A stretch of 63,642 bases of DNA, counting the filler, from Octopus bimaculoides (taxonomy: Eukaryota): assembly GCF_001194135.2 (NCBI RefSeq). It is 5 parts of 4 records of this genome, joined end to end, with 100 filler letters (N's around TTAATTAATTAA, not from the genome) between each part and the next. Parts side by side here need not be neighbours in the genome. Positions count along the whole stretch, not along the records: positions 37,693 to 62,441 come from NC_068985.1; 4 more parts are not named here. One strand, 5' to 3'. Shown in pieces: positions 39,513-52,000 of the stretch. A model generated the notes under the pieces. That model worked only from the letters and a program-made list of their open reading frames with translations, was not told the DNA's origin and did not search any database. The position numbers and the translations under genes are program-made. The stretch's first letter is position 1. The number at the start of each line of letters is the position of its first letter.

Positions 39513-39574
39513 GGGATAGCTTCGACTGAGGAGACACACAACGTGGTCGAAACACTGTGGTGTCTCAGAGCCCC
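39513..39574 (+). ncRNA. Canonical full-length type I hammerhead ribozyme
   Basis: CUGAGGA at 39526-32; stem II GAC/GUC plus CAC/GUG; GAAA at 39549-52; stem III ACAC/GUGU with UGUG loop; GUC cleavage after 39564; stem I 7 bp with one C.A mismatch, an AUA bulge, then GGG/CCC. Confidence 0.85.
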
Positions 39575-39620
39575 TTTACACCGGTGAATCGCGTGTCTTA
39601 TGCTCACACATCGTCTTAAG

Positions 39621-39878
39621 CAGTGGTTTTCAACCATCTTTTTACCTATGAATCCTCCTTAATTCCTGTTTTTCTTGGTTGGATCCTCATAGCCATTCAA
39701 TGTTTAAAAACATCTCATTATATTCTTTGTAATTAAATCCCATTAGGAATTGTATTAAAAAAATTGCTAAAATATTTTGTGCATTGTAGAAGTATAATCA
39801 ATTTATTGCACATAAATTTTAACTACAAAAAGTTACATGGACCCTAAGAGTCATGTGGACCCCAGTTGAGAACCACTG
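39621..39878. mobile_element. hAT MITE (same family as the fragment at 59120-59230)
   Basis: TIR CAGTGGTT(T/C)TCAAC; TSD degraded. Confidence 0.75.
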
Positions 39879-40791
39879 GTTAAATGGGAGTGGTGTTCTC
39901 CGAAGACGAAAAGCACCAGTGATCAGATATTGACGTATGAAATGTATTAAGAATGAATATGAAACGGATATATGCACCAAATAAATGATGTGGAGAAAAA
40001 TATTAGTTCATGTGGTCTTTATTTTACCGTTACAATATAAGAATCAACTTTTTCGTGTTGTAGAAATATCAGTTAAGTTCTATAGTTCATTTTCTAAGTA
40101 GTTATATTCATCTATGTGACTGCTAGAAGGCGGAAGGTAAAAGAAGAGAGAGAGAAAGAGTAATAGAATTTACCTCCCTGGATTGACAAGTAGAAAGCGT
40201 GGAAGCTGTATGGTCCCTCGGTGACAAGCCATTAGTGAAGGGGGTAAAACATGGAGAAAAAGAGAGATGATCTTCCAGCGAAGGGCCGAGTGAAAGAGGT
40301 AGAATTGAATCTGGGTCCTGTATTGAGAATATTTTCCTAGTCAAATTAGGCCAGGTTAAACAAAGGCTTTTTCGCCTGTTATATACTTTGAACTAAGTCT
40401 CACACAAAATGGCCTTAAGTTTAACAGTTGACTCTCAGGAATGCTGAGAACAGTAGGATGGAATTCGTAGAAAAATCTAGGCAGGGTTCGGATCCTGGCT
40501 AAGAGTACAGGAAGCGATTTGCTACAAATATATACGTTATTAACTAGACTTTAGAACACACCTTACGTATACTTATTTATTTATCTTTCGCTTCATTCTG
40601 TCGTTGGATTCTGGTCATGCTGGAGCACTGCCTTGACCGGTTTTAGTCGAACAAATCAACCCCGGGACTTATTTTCTTAAGTCTGACACCTATTCTAACA
40701 GCATTTTTGTTGGAATTAAGTAACGGAGGCATAAGAAAGCCCCCCATGGCTGTCAGGTGGTGGTACTGAGACATTCACAAACACGCACATA

Positions 40792-41157
40792 AACCTTATC
40801 CTCGACTTACGACCGAGTTCCAATTCCGACTGACAGGTCATAAGTCGATCTGGTCGAATGTCGGATTTATATTTTTCTATTCTATTTTCATTCAAACGCA
40901 ATTGATGCTTGAAAGCGAGCGAGTGAGAGAGAGTGGCAGGCGCAGTGGATGCCTAGGTCTGAGGGAGGCATCTGCGTTGCCAGATGCTGCCATAATTATC
41001 GTACGGGCAGCTGCCCAACGTCCGAAGATCAATTTTTAAAATTTATTTATTTTTCCATTTCCTTATTTTTTGTGGTCGTAAGTCGCATAGGTCGTAAGTC
41101 GCATAAGTCGTAAGTCGCATAGATCGTAAGTCGCATAGGTCGTAAGTCGAGGAGGTG
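40792..41157. mobile_element. Tigger/pogo-like MITE with a tandem subterminal 16-mer array
   Basis: TA-flanked; TIR core TCCTCGACTTACGACC (40799-40814 and 41138-41153); five tandem GGTCGTAAGTCGCATA-like units at 41074-41153. Confidence 0.8.
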
Positions 41158-41377
41158 TACATACATGTATACATATCCCATCACACACACACACACACAC
41201 TTACATACATACATAGTCCGACAATAGCTTAGGTGCCAACAACATTCTTGTATAAGAATAGTAAATTTGTACTCTACAGAAGTATAAAGTAATCCATCGG
41301 CTGAATATAAAATTGTTTTTATTATAACTAAACACAAAAACAAACATCTCTATATATGTGTGTGTGTACGTGTGTGT

Positions 41378-41428
<51 letters not shown>

Positions 41429-43459
41429 GGCACAGGCGTGGGTGCCTGGTAAGAAGCTTGCTTCCCAACCACATGTTTCCGAGTTCATCCCCACTGCGTG
41501 GCATCTTGGACAAGTGTCTTCAACTATAGCCTCGGTCCGATCAAAGCCTTGTTAGTGGATATGGTAGACGGAAACTGAAAGAAGCCAGTTGTGTGTTTGT
41601 GTCTGTGTTTGTCTCCCAACCCACCATCGCTTGGTGTGTTTACATCCACGTAAATTAGCAGTTCGGTAAAAGAGACCGATAGAATAAGTACAGGNNNNNN
41701 NNNNNNNNNNNNNNNNNNNNNNNNNNNNNNNNNNNNNNNNNNNNNNNNNNNNNNNNNNNNNNNNNNNNNNNNNNNNNNNNNNNNNNNNNNNNNNNNNNNN
41801 NNNNNNNNNNNNNNNNNNNNNNNNNNNNNNNNNNNNNNNNNNNNNNNNNNNNNNNNNNNNNNNNNNNNNNNNNNNNNNNNNNNNNNNNNNNNNNNNNNNN
41901 NNNNNNNNNNNNNNNNNNNNNNNNNNNNNNNNNNNNNNNNNNNNNNNNNNNNNNNNNNNNNNNNNNNNNNNNNNNNNNNNNNNNNNNNNNNNNNNNNNNN
42001 NNNNNNNNNNNNNNNNNNNNNNNNNNNNNNNNNNNNNNNNNNNNNNNNNNNNNNNNNNNNNNNNNNNNNNNNNNNNNNNNNNNNNNNNNNNNNNNNNNNN
42101 NNNNNNNNNNNNNNNNNNNNNNNNNNNNNNNNNNNNNNNNNNNNNNNNNNNNNNNNNNNNNNNNNNNNNNNNNNNNNNNNNNNNNNNNNNNNNNNNNNNN
42201 NNNNNNNNNNNNNNNNNNNNNNNNNNNNNNNNNNNNNNNNNNNNNNNNNNNNNNNNNNNNNNNNNNNNNNNNNNNNNNNNNNNNNNNNNNNNNNNNNNNN
42301 NNNNNNNNNNNNNNNNNNNNNNNNNNNNNNNNNNNNNNNNNNNNNNNNNNNNNNNNNNNNNNNNNNNNNNNNNNNNNNNNNNNNNNNNNNNNNNNNNNNN
42401 NNNNNNNNNNNNNNNNNNNNNNNNNNNNNNNNNNNNNNNNNNNNNNNNNNNNNNNNNNNNNNNNNNNNNNNNNNNNNNNNNNNNNNNNNNNNNNNNNNNN
42501 NNNNNNNNNNNNNNNNNNNNNNNNNNNNNNNNNNNNNNNNNNNNNNNNNNNNNNNNNNNNNNNNNNNNNNNNNNNNNNNNNNNNNNNNNNNNNNNNNNNN
42601 NNNNNNNNNNNNNNNNNNNNNNNNNNNNNNNNNNNNNNNNNNNNNNNNNNNNNNNNNNNNNGACATGCATTCTCTCCTGATGATTCCATAAACTTGCTAG
42701 TATCTGCAAGTTGTCTACAGAAAACATACATATGTAGTGTCATAGGCCAAAAACATTTTTAACTTCTTGGCTAGTGCGAGCCCAGTGCAATATCACATCT
42801 CCACTCTTGCAGTATTACTTGTCAAAAGTGAAACAATAACATCTCTATTGTAATGTCAGATATTTTCACTTTAATACTTTCATTTTAATACTGAAACTAT
42901 TAAAGTGAAACTATTATCTCACATATATACAGGCATATATACATATATACATGCATACATATATACCCCAATACACACACACATACACACACACATATAT
43001 ACGAAGGTGCAGGTGTGGCTGTGTGGTAAGAAACTTGGTTCCAAAACACATGTTCCTTCGTTCAGTCCCACTGTGTGGTGACTTGGCATGTGTCTTCTGC
43101 TATAGCCTCAGACTAGCCAAAGCCTTGTGAGTGGATTTCGTAGACAGAAAGTGAAAGAAATCANNNNNNNNNNTGTATGTACGTACGTATGTATGTATGT
43201 ATGTATGTATGTATGTATGTATGTATGTATGTACATATGTAAGTGTATATGTGTCTCTTTGTCTCTGTGTTTCTCCCTCATCACTGCTTCACAACTGGTG
43301 CTCGTTTATTTACATGCCCATAACTTACTGGTTCGACAAGAAGAGACTGATAGAATAAGTACCAGGCTTATGAAAATAAAAAAAAGCACAAGGCAGTGTC
43401 TCATATTTTTGTTTGCCCACTCAGTTGTCTCTATCAATCTATCTATTTGTTTGTGTGTA

Positions 43460-43538
<79 letters not shown>

Positions 43539-43582
43539 CACACACATACACATATACATGTATGTATATGTGCATATTCATA

Positions 43583-45273
43583 TCTATTATACAAAAGTCA
43601 ATGTCTTTATGTGTGTTCGTGTGTTACTTATACATTCGAAAACTACTGCACCGATCCTAATGAAATTTGGAACACAAAATCCAAGCCTAGGGAGAAGGGT
43701 AATGCTGTGTATTTCATACAATTTCATGGACCAAAATTACTGAATGGATCCTATGATATTTGGAACTTAGATTCAACGCATAAGGGCGAGTATAATGCAA
43801 TATGTTTGGTTTGAATTTGAGAAGGCTTCAAGGGGGCAAAACCCCCATGAAAATTCATAAATTTTCGATGTTGATGAAATTTCAACCATGGGTAATTGAC
43901 ACACATCAAGAAGTATTCCCAAAGTTTCCACTTCTCATGAGGATTCTAAGACCCCCTAATGGGGGCCTTAACTCCCAAATTTTAGTCATTATTTTATGAT
44001 CCAAAACTAGGTCAAAAGTACTGAATGGATCTTTATGATATTTGGAAATTATATTCTCTGCATAAAAGCCATAACACCCATGAAAATTCATATATTTTGA
44101 CTGTTGATGAAATTTTAACCATAGATATTAGAAAAAATGAAGTAATATTTCTAAAATTTCATCTTCTTAGAAGTTAGAAAGACCCCTTCATGGGGACTTA
44201 ACACCCACAATTTAGTCATTTTTATCTAAGCAAAGACGAATACAGTTGTACTCTTGGAAGCTGTAGGGTCACCCGAGCATGAAAGATGAGCATTATTTGT
44301 AATTCAATGTTACAACAGTGTAAGAGTTTGCTTTGAGATATACTTAGATTGTGATTTCTGCAATGTGGTGCCTAAATTGTCAAGTAAATGACAGGCATCT
44401 TTGCCTCCACTGATTCAGTTGCAAAGTGTCGAGTAAAGTTATTTGGTTGCAGACCTCCTTTGAGTCTTTTTATTATCACTGGGACACACATAGTCCCCAG
44501 ATGGTAACATTGATTTCAAGGCCTTCCCAGATGAGTGACTGGTTATTCAAAGGCATTTATAGATTGTAAATTTATTCTGTCCAGTTACCTATCGGTATAG
44601 CGGTCATTTGCAAACTCCAGAGGTGACACTTTCATTTCTCCTTAGCCCTCACGCCACGCAGTTGTTTATGTTTATTTGAGTTGGGTCACGCCCTTCCAAT
44701 TGCTATAGATCGGTAATGCATCTTACGGTTGTGTCTGTCACCTGTATGGTGAGGAATCCTACATTGGGAGTGGTAACGATTAGGGTAGGGTAGCTGACTG
44801 CTTATTGTGATCATTCGTCTTTTGGTTTCCTATAGCTTTGCTCTCTTTTACAAACCCAGGAAACATACAGATATTTCCTATTTCAAAGAAATTCAAACAA
44901 TAGATATAAGACCCAAGTTAAAAAGATTCTCAGCAATTCAACTTCTCTGGTTGACATTAAGACACCCACCCCCAATAGGGGCCTTAACTCCCACATCTTA
45001 GAGCTCTATGACATCCATTTTTCAGGAGTAAAATCCTTTTAACAGGTTCCATTAGATTGGAATTTTGGAATCTGCGCATAAAGATCAATAGTATGGGATA
45101 CATGTGTCATGATTAAAATTTTTTAGGGTGTGTAAAGAGGGAAAGAACGCTCATCTGCAATTTTGATGAAATTCGAATCATAGGTATTCCAGTTCATTAG
45201 AGAAAATGTAACAGAAAAGTCTAATAATTCTTCAATTGAATATAACACGGGCAACGCCGGGTATCTCTGCTAG
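43583..45273 (+). mobile_element. Non-autonomous Helitron
   Basis: A|TC 5' end; CGGGCAACGCCGG hairpin then CTAG|T 3' end; internal duplicated module of about 290 bp. Confidence 0.75.
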
Positions 45274-45306
45274 TGTATATATATATATATATATATTTAG
45301 AGAATT

Positions 45307-45352
<46 letters not shown>

Positions 45353-46383
45353 NNNNNNNNNNNNNNNNNNNNNNNNNNNNNNNNNNNNNNNNNNNNNNNN
45401 NNNNNNNNNNNNNNNNNNNNNNNNNNNNNNNNNNNNNNNNNNNNNNNNNNNNNNNNNNNNNNNNNNNNNNNNNNNNNNNNNNNNNNNNNNNNNNNNNNNN
45501 NNNNNNNNNNNNNNNNNNNGGTATTTCGTCTGCCACTGCGTTCTGAGTTCAAATTCCGCCGAGGTCGACTTTGCCTTTCATCCTTTCGGGGTCGATAAAT
45601 TAAGTACCAGTTACGCACTGGGGTCGATATAATCGACTTAATCCGTTTGTCTGTCCTTGTTTGTCCCCTCTGTGTGTAGCCCCTTGTGGGCAGTAAAGAA
45701 ATAGGTATTTCGTTTGTCTTTTCGTTCTGACTTCAATTTCCGCCGAAGTCGACTTTGCCTTTCATCCTTTCGGGGTCGAAAGGATGTATACTGGGATCGA
45801 TGTAATTGACTCTCCAAAAATTTCGGGCCTTGTGCCTAGAGTAGAAAAGAATATATATATAAAACACACACATATATTGTATATTTATATGTATGTCTGT
45901 GCGTATATATATATAAATATATATATACATATTTACACATATATGTAAATATTCATACACACATATGTTTTATGAGTGTGTGTATGTGGGAGTGTATATA
46001 TCCTTGTATTACATGTATGTGTGAGTGTGTGTAAATATATATGTATATATATATATCCTCTCCATATATATGCATGCGTATGTGTGTGTGTGTTTGTATG
46101 TATACATCCGAAGACAGACAGGCACACACACACACATACACTCCTCTACACACACATTTATATGCAATCTTAGAAAGCAGCCTCATGCGCCAAAGAAACC
46201 GTTAGGCTCGCGCAGATAGGACACAAACCGTTGGACGCGCACACATACAGACGCAGATGCTTACGTATGTGCATATGTGTGTGTGTGTGTGTATATGTGT
46301 GTACGTGAGTGCGTGTGCGTATGTGTGTGTGTGTGTGTGTATGTATGTGTGTTATCCCGAATTTAATAAGTAACATCACCAAA

Positions 46384-46448
46384 GACGTCACGATAGCGAA
46401 TATCTCTGAAAGATTTTAGAATGTTTCATTGGCGAAATATCCGGATGT
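46384..46448. promoter_or_regulatory. Candidate promoter upstream of the orphan ORF
   Basis: GACGTCA (CRE-like), ATTGG (CCAAT) and CCGGATGT (ETS-like) within 65 bp; CpG-rich patch at 46180-46260. Confidence 0.3.
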
Positions 46449-46866
46449 AGAGTCTTTGCTTCTCTTGGAATTTTTTATCAGTTTATCTCCTTGATCCAGT
46501 TTACATTCAATTTACGCATATATACATATATATGTATATTATATACCAATGGACCTAAACTAAGACAATGGACTTAAACTATAGGACGGACAAACTTTAC
46601 CAAATGTTTTATTAGTCTAACGCTTTATAGGAGAAAGGGAACGAGTCATTTTTTGAGAAAAATATTTATAAATCCTTACTTGGATATGTGTACAAAAATA
46701 TTCATGTCAACCAGGAAGGAAAAGATAAATCAGAACATTTTATATATATTTTAAATGTCTCTGTGTCTTATACTGTGCACCACTTTCTACTGAAACAGCA
46801 AACAGAATTTTGCAAAAGTTTCATTGCCATATATGGGTAATTAGCTTCTTTAGTTGTTCTGTCTAC

Positions 46867-46928
<62 letters not shown>

Positions 46929-47056
46929 ATCTATCTATCTGTGTTTGTGTGTCTATCTATCTGTCTGTCTGTCTTTCTGTTTATCTATTTATACACACCC
47001 CTACTCCACCCCACTCACACACATATACATCACGCATCCAATACCAAACTACCAGC

Positions 47057-47569
47057 ATGGTGGATGATGATGAAGACACCAAATCTATTTCCCCAGACTG
47101 TTTGGACACAACAAGGAACTACGTCAACATGGTTTTCTGTTGTTCTTACTCTTCTCTTAAAGCGGATGACGGTAGTGAGATTGTCGTCAATAAAGATGAC
47201 GTTGCTACCACCCCTCCTGTTCCGGCAACTGACCCTCTTGATACTGCTGTTGAAGATGACGGAAGTGGTGATGACGTTGATCGCGCTGCTGCTAAAACTA
47301 CTTCGGCTACTGTTAATATTGCAGAGGATGTCCCTGCCATTGCTGATCCTAATCCTAATGCTGTTGGTGATCCTAATCCTAATGCTGTTGGTGATCCTAA
47401 TCCTAATGCTGTTGGTGATCCTCCTACTGTTGCTGCTATCCATAACGTGGTTAACAATTCTGTTGATGAGAGTGTACGAAAGCAATCAAGGGTCAGTTGG
47501 TCAGACCAGAAGGTGATTATAGAGGATAAAAAGAAGAAGAAAGCAGGAAAAAAAGGAAATCCCTTCTAG
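47057..47569 (+). CDS. Orphan acidic low-complexity protein, 170 aa, with (DPNPNAVG)x3
   Basis: ATG in strong context (AGCATGG) after a possible accag acceptor; TAG at 47567-47569; structured termini (VFCC, RVSW, KKKKKAGKKGNPF). Codons are heavily NNT, so openness could partly reflect cryptic trinucleotide repeats. Confidence 0.55.
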   Translation: MVDDDEDTKSISPDCLDTTRNYVNMVFCCSYSSLKADDGSEIVVNKDDVATTPPVPATDPLDTAVEDDGSGDDVDRAAAKTTSATVNIAEDVPAIADPNPNAVGDPNPNAVGDPNPNAVGDPPTVAAIHNVVNNSVDESVRKQSRVSWSDQKVIIEDKKKKKAGKKGNPF

Positions 47570-47692
47570 CTACAGCTTTATAAACGTCTTATTTGGTTCC
47601 TTTCTTACAGTTGTTTGGTAGTTGGCCGTACTTGGCCGTACAGTGGAGATACGAAAGAGTTTTTTTTTTACATTCAAGAAGGAAACTGCACC

Positions 47693-47731
<39 letters not shown>

Positions 47732-47756
47732 ACAGACACACANNNNNNNNNNNNNN

Positions 47757-47813
<57 letters not shown>

Positions 47814-47854
47814 TGATACAAACGTGCGCAAGACTATTGTGTAATACATGACTG

Positions 47855-49062
47855 TTAAGTAACACAGAGCTTTCGACATGCATTGTGCAACATAGAACTA
47901 CCACCACGTACATTATATAGTACCAGTATGCTACCAGTATGCTACAGGTGTTTAGCGGAATGTACTACAGCACTAATAAGAGAAACTGACATACCTCATT
48001 GTTACAAACATTTATTGGTGTATTACAGTACTAAAAACAAGTATGAATGTACTACAGCACAAAGGACAGATATATATTTTCCATAATGCCAGGAACATCC
48101 TTGGGTGTACTACAGTACAAAAAGAAGCAGATATCAATGTACCGCAATGATTGGAATATCTATGGATGTACCACAGTACATCGAAATCAACGCACCAAAT
48201 GGCCAAAGTTCTGGATAAATAACAGAGCTGAAAATACGAGTGTTATAAGGATACATCAACCTACCTCATGATATATTCACTGTACCTCAGTGTGTTCAAG
48301 GTGGGTGGAAACGCTACAATATGTGCTATCGCCCATAAATACAGTCCGAACAACTATTATTATTGTTATTATTACAAGTGACATCCAATAATGTGCTATA
48401 AAACTTCTTGTATCCATAAATGAACCACAAATCTATTAATATATACGAATGTATGGAATAATACCAACGTAAAAGAGAACGACCAATATATGCGGGTATT
48501 CAAAAGAACTGCCCATGTATATTATGTAACACAGACCTAGAAGCATAATTATGTATCACAGACGTACCAGTATACTTTATACAACACAGAACTGTTATGT
48601 AACACAGAACTACTGAGTAAAACAGAACTCTAATGCAACACAGAAATCTCGACATACATTGTGCAACATAGAACTACGGCTATACATTATGTAACACAAA
48701 TATACCAAAATACACGATGTAATACAGAATTTCCAACATATATTATGTAACATAGACCTACTAACACACATAATGTAACACAGACCTACCAAAATGCATT
48801 GTGTGTAACACAGACCTACAAATATGCATTGTGTGTAACACAGACCTACAAATATATTTTATGTAACACAGGACAGATACGTAACTCAGAACTGTTGTGC
48901 AATACGGGATTATTATGTAACACAGAACTCTCAGTATAGTGTGCGTAACATTGAACTACTGCATTATACAATTAAAAAAATCTGCCAATATACATCATGC
49001 AACACAGAACTACCAACCAAGCAGAAACCCACCACCATACATACATTAAGTAACACAGAAAC
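47855..49062 (+). repeat. Diverged minisatellite of about 28-30 bp, core TGTAACACAGA(A/C)CTAC
   Basis: About 19 cores at 48525-49062 with variable linkers; a related TGTACTACAG(C/T)AC motif occurs five times at 47961-48179. Confidence 0.8.
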
Positions 49063-52000
49063 TAACGTAGATCATTTTATCACAGAATTACAGTATAGAT
49101 TTACAGCCAAAACTCTTGATAAAATCTCCTGGCATGATACACATGAAAAAGCATCATTGTTAATCTTTGAATTGAACCGTCCAGCGTTGCATGTCATCCA
49201 ATGTTTATAGTCGTTATAAATACACCATATCTTGCTGTTGTTGCTGAGTTTCGTCGATAATTTATTCTATCGAAAAGTTTGTTGTAAGATCTTATATTTT
49301 CCTCCCTATATTAGCAATCAACAAATGTCTCTTTCAATAATAATGGTTTCAAATTTTGATGCAAGGCCTGCAATTTTAGGAGGAAGGGTTTGGTCGATTA
49401 CGTCGACCTTAGTGCTAAACTGGTCCTTGTTTTATCGTCCCCGAAACGATTAAGAGCAAATTTAACCTCAACGGAATTTGAACTCAGAACGTAATGAATC
49501 GAAATAACGCGAAGCACTTTGTCCAACGCGTTAACGATTCTGCCAGCAATGAGAATTATATAATAGTTCTTTCTTCTGTAGGTACAAGGCTTGAAATTTT
49601 GAGACAGGGGTTATAGTTGATTACATCGACTCCAGTGCTCAACTGGTACTTATTTTATCGAACCCGAAAGGTAAAGTCTGCCTCAACGGAATTTTAACTC
49701 AGAACGTAAAGGATGGGATGAAATACCACCAGGCATTTTGTCCACTGTTTTAACAATTCCACCAGCTCCTCCTGCGACTCTGGACCAAACATGTTCGTAC
49801 GTGCAACGTCGAGCGACATTAGAGATAATGCAAAATGGACCAACACCACAACCAATGAGCCTTTTGAGAAGTTATAAACCTTCCTGAAACATCTTATTTC
49901 CTAACCTTAACCGACATCGTTGACAAGAAAACATTCTTTATTATTCAGTCGGAACTTCCTTAGTTTGTATGTCATACAAGCAGGTTTGCTAATAACTTCC
50001 TTATATATTCATTTCAAATTTTGGCAGAAGGCCAGCAATTTCGGTTGAGGGATAAGTCGATTACATCGACCCCGAGAGAATGGATGGCGGAATTTTAACT
50101 CTGAACGTAAGGACAGACGAAATGCTGCCAAGCATTTATTTTACCCGGCGTGCTAACGACTGTCAGTCATCTCGCCGCCTTTAACTCCCTTCTAGATTAA
50201 CAACCAATGAACGAAGATTTCTTTCAATGATAATTAAAACTGAATATTCTTATTTTTGCATTCTATGATAATAACAAACTCTAGACCAAACCTTTTCTAT
50301 GTGCAATGTCGAGCGACGTTAAGGAGAATTCAAAATACTCTAACGCCTTCAGTGAGGGTTTTAAGAAGCAATAAACCTTCTTAAAGCATCTTGTAACCAA
50401 CCACCTCAAGGGATATCGTTGATAAAAGAAAATTTCTACTATTATTCAGCTACAATTTCCTCAATTTATGTTTCTTTGAGGCAAGTTTAGTAACCTCCTC
50501 CTATATTATCTATCAACTATATATATTCTTTTCTACTCTAAGCACAAGGCCCGAAAAGTTTTGAAGAGGAGGCCAGTCGATTAGATCGACTCCAGTATGC
50601 AACTGGTACTTAATTTATCCACCCCGAAAGGATGAAAGGCGGAATTTGAACCAAGAACGTAAAGTCAGGCGAAATACCACTAAACATTTCGCCTGGCGTG
50701 CTAACGTTTCTTATTTCATTATTGCCCACGAGGGGCTACACACAAAGGGGACAAACAAGGACAGACAAACGGATTAAGTCGATTATATCTACCCCAGTGT
50801 GTAACTTGTACTTATTTAATCCACCCCGAAAGCATGAAAGGCAAAGTCGACCTCGGCGGAATTTGAACTCAGAACGTAGCGGCAAACGAAATACCGCTAA
50901 GCATTTCGCCTGGCGTGCTAACGTTTCTTATTTCGTTATTGCCCACAAGGGGCTAAACATAGAGGGGACAAACAAGGACAGACAAAGGGATTAAGTCGAT
51001 TACATCGACTCCAGTGCGTAGCTGGTACTTAATTTATCGACCCCGAAAGGAGGAAAGGCAAAGTCGACCTCGGTAGAATTTGAACTCAGAACGTAGCTGC
51101 AGACGAAATACAGCTAAGCATTTCGCTCGGCGTGCTAACGTTTCTGGCAGCTCGCCTTCAACTATATATACTATATTATCTATATTATCTATAACTATCA
51201 TTGGAAGTCAATGACAATTGTTTCAAATTTTGGCACAGTGCTTGCAGTTTTTTTTTTTTTTTTTTTTTTTTTGAGGAGAGGAGGAAGTCAATTACATTGA
51301 CATCTGTTTTTGATTGAACTGATACTTATTTAATCGACCCTGAAAGGGATGGAAGGCAAAGTTGACCTTGGCGGAATTTGAACTCAGAACGGACAAAATA
51401 TCGCAAAGCATTTTGCCCGTGTGCTAACAATTCTGCTAGCTCATCATTTCCAGTGATTAACCCTTTTTGCTATAGGCACAAGGCCTGAAATTTTTGGGAA
51501 AGGGGATGGTCGATTATATATGACTGATACTTATTTCATCGNNNNNNNNNNNNNNNNNNNNNNNNNNNNNNNNNNNNNNNNNNNNNNNNNNNNNNNNNNN
51601 NNNNNNNNNNNNNNNNNNNNNNNNNNNNNNNNNNNNNNNNNNNNNNNNNNNNNNNNNNNNNNNNNNNNNNNNNNNNNNNNNNNNNNNNNNNNNNNNNNNN
51701 NNNNNNNNNNNNNNNNNNNNNNNNNNNNNNNNNNNNNNNNNNNNNNNNNNNNNNNNNNNNNNNNNNNNNNNNNNNNNNNNNNNNNNNNNNNNNNNNNNNN
51801 NNNNNNNNNNNNNNNNNNNNNNNNNNNNNNNNNNNNNNNNNNNNNNNNNNNNNNNNNNNNNNNNNNNNNNNNNNNNNNNNNNNNNNNNNNNNNNNNNNNN
51901 NNNNNNNNNNNNNNNNNNNNNNNNNNNNNNNNNNNNNNNNNNNNNNNNNNNNNNNNNNNNNNNNNNNNNNNNNNNNNNNNNNNNNNNNNNNNNNNNNNNN

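Noticed and set aside
47030-47485. Minus-strand ORFs overlapping the orphan ORF
   Set aside because: Shadow frames of NNT-biased codons with no motif support.
48525-49062. CRISPR-like repeat/spacer appearance
   Set aside because: Eukaryotic context, degenerate cores, short related linkers and no cas genes; treated as a minisatellite.
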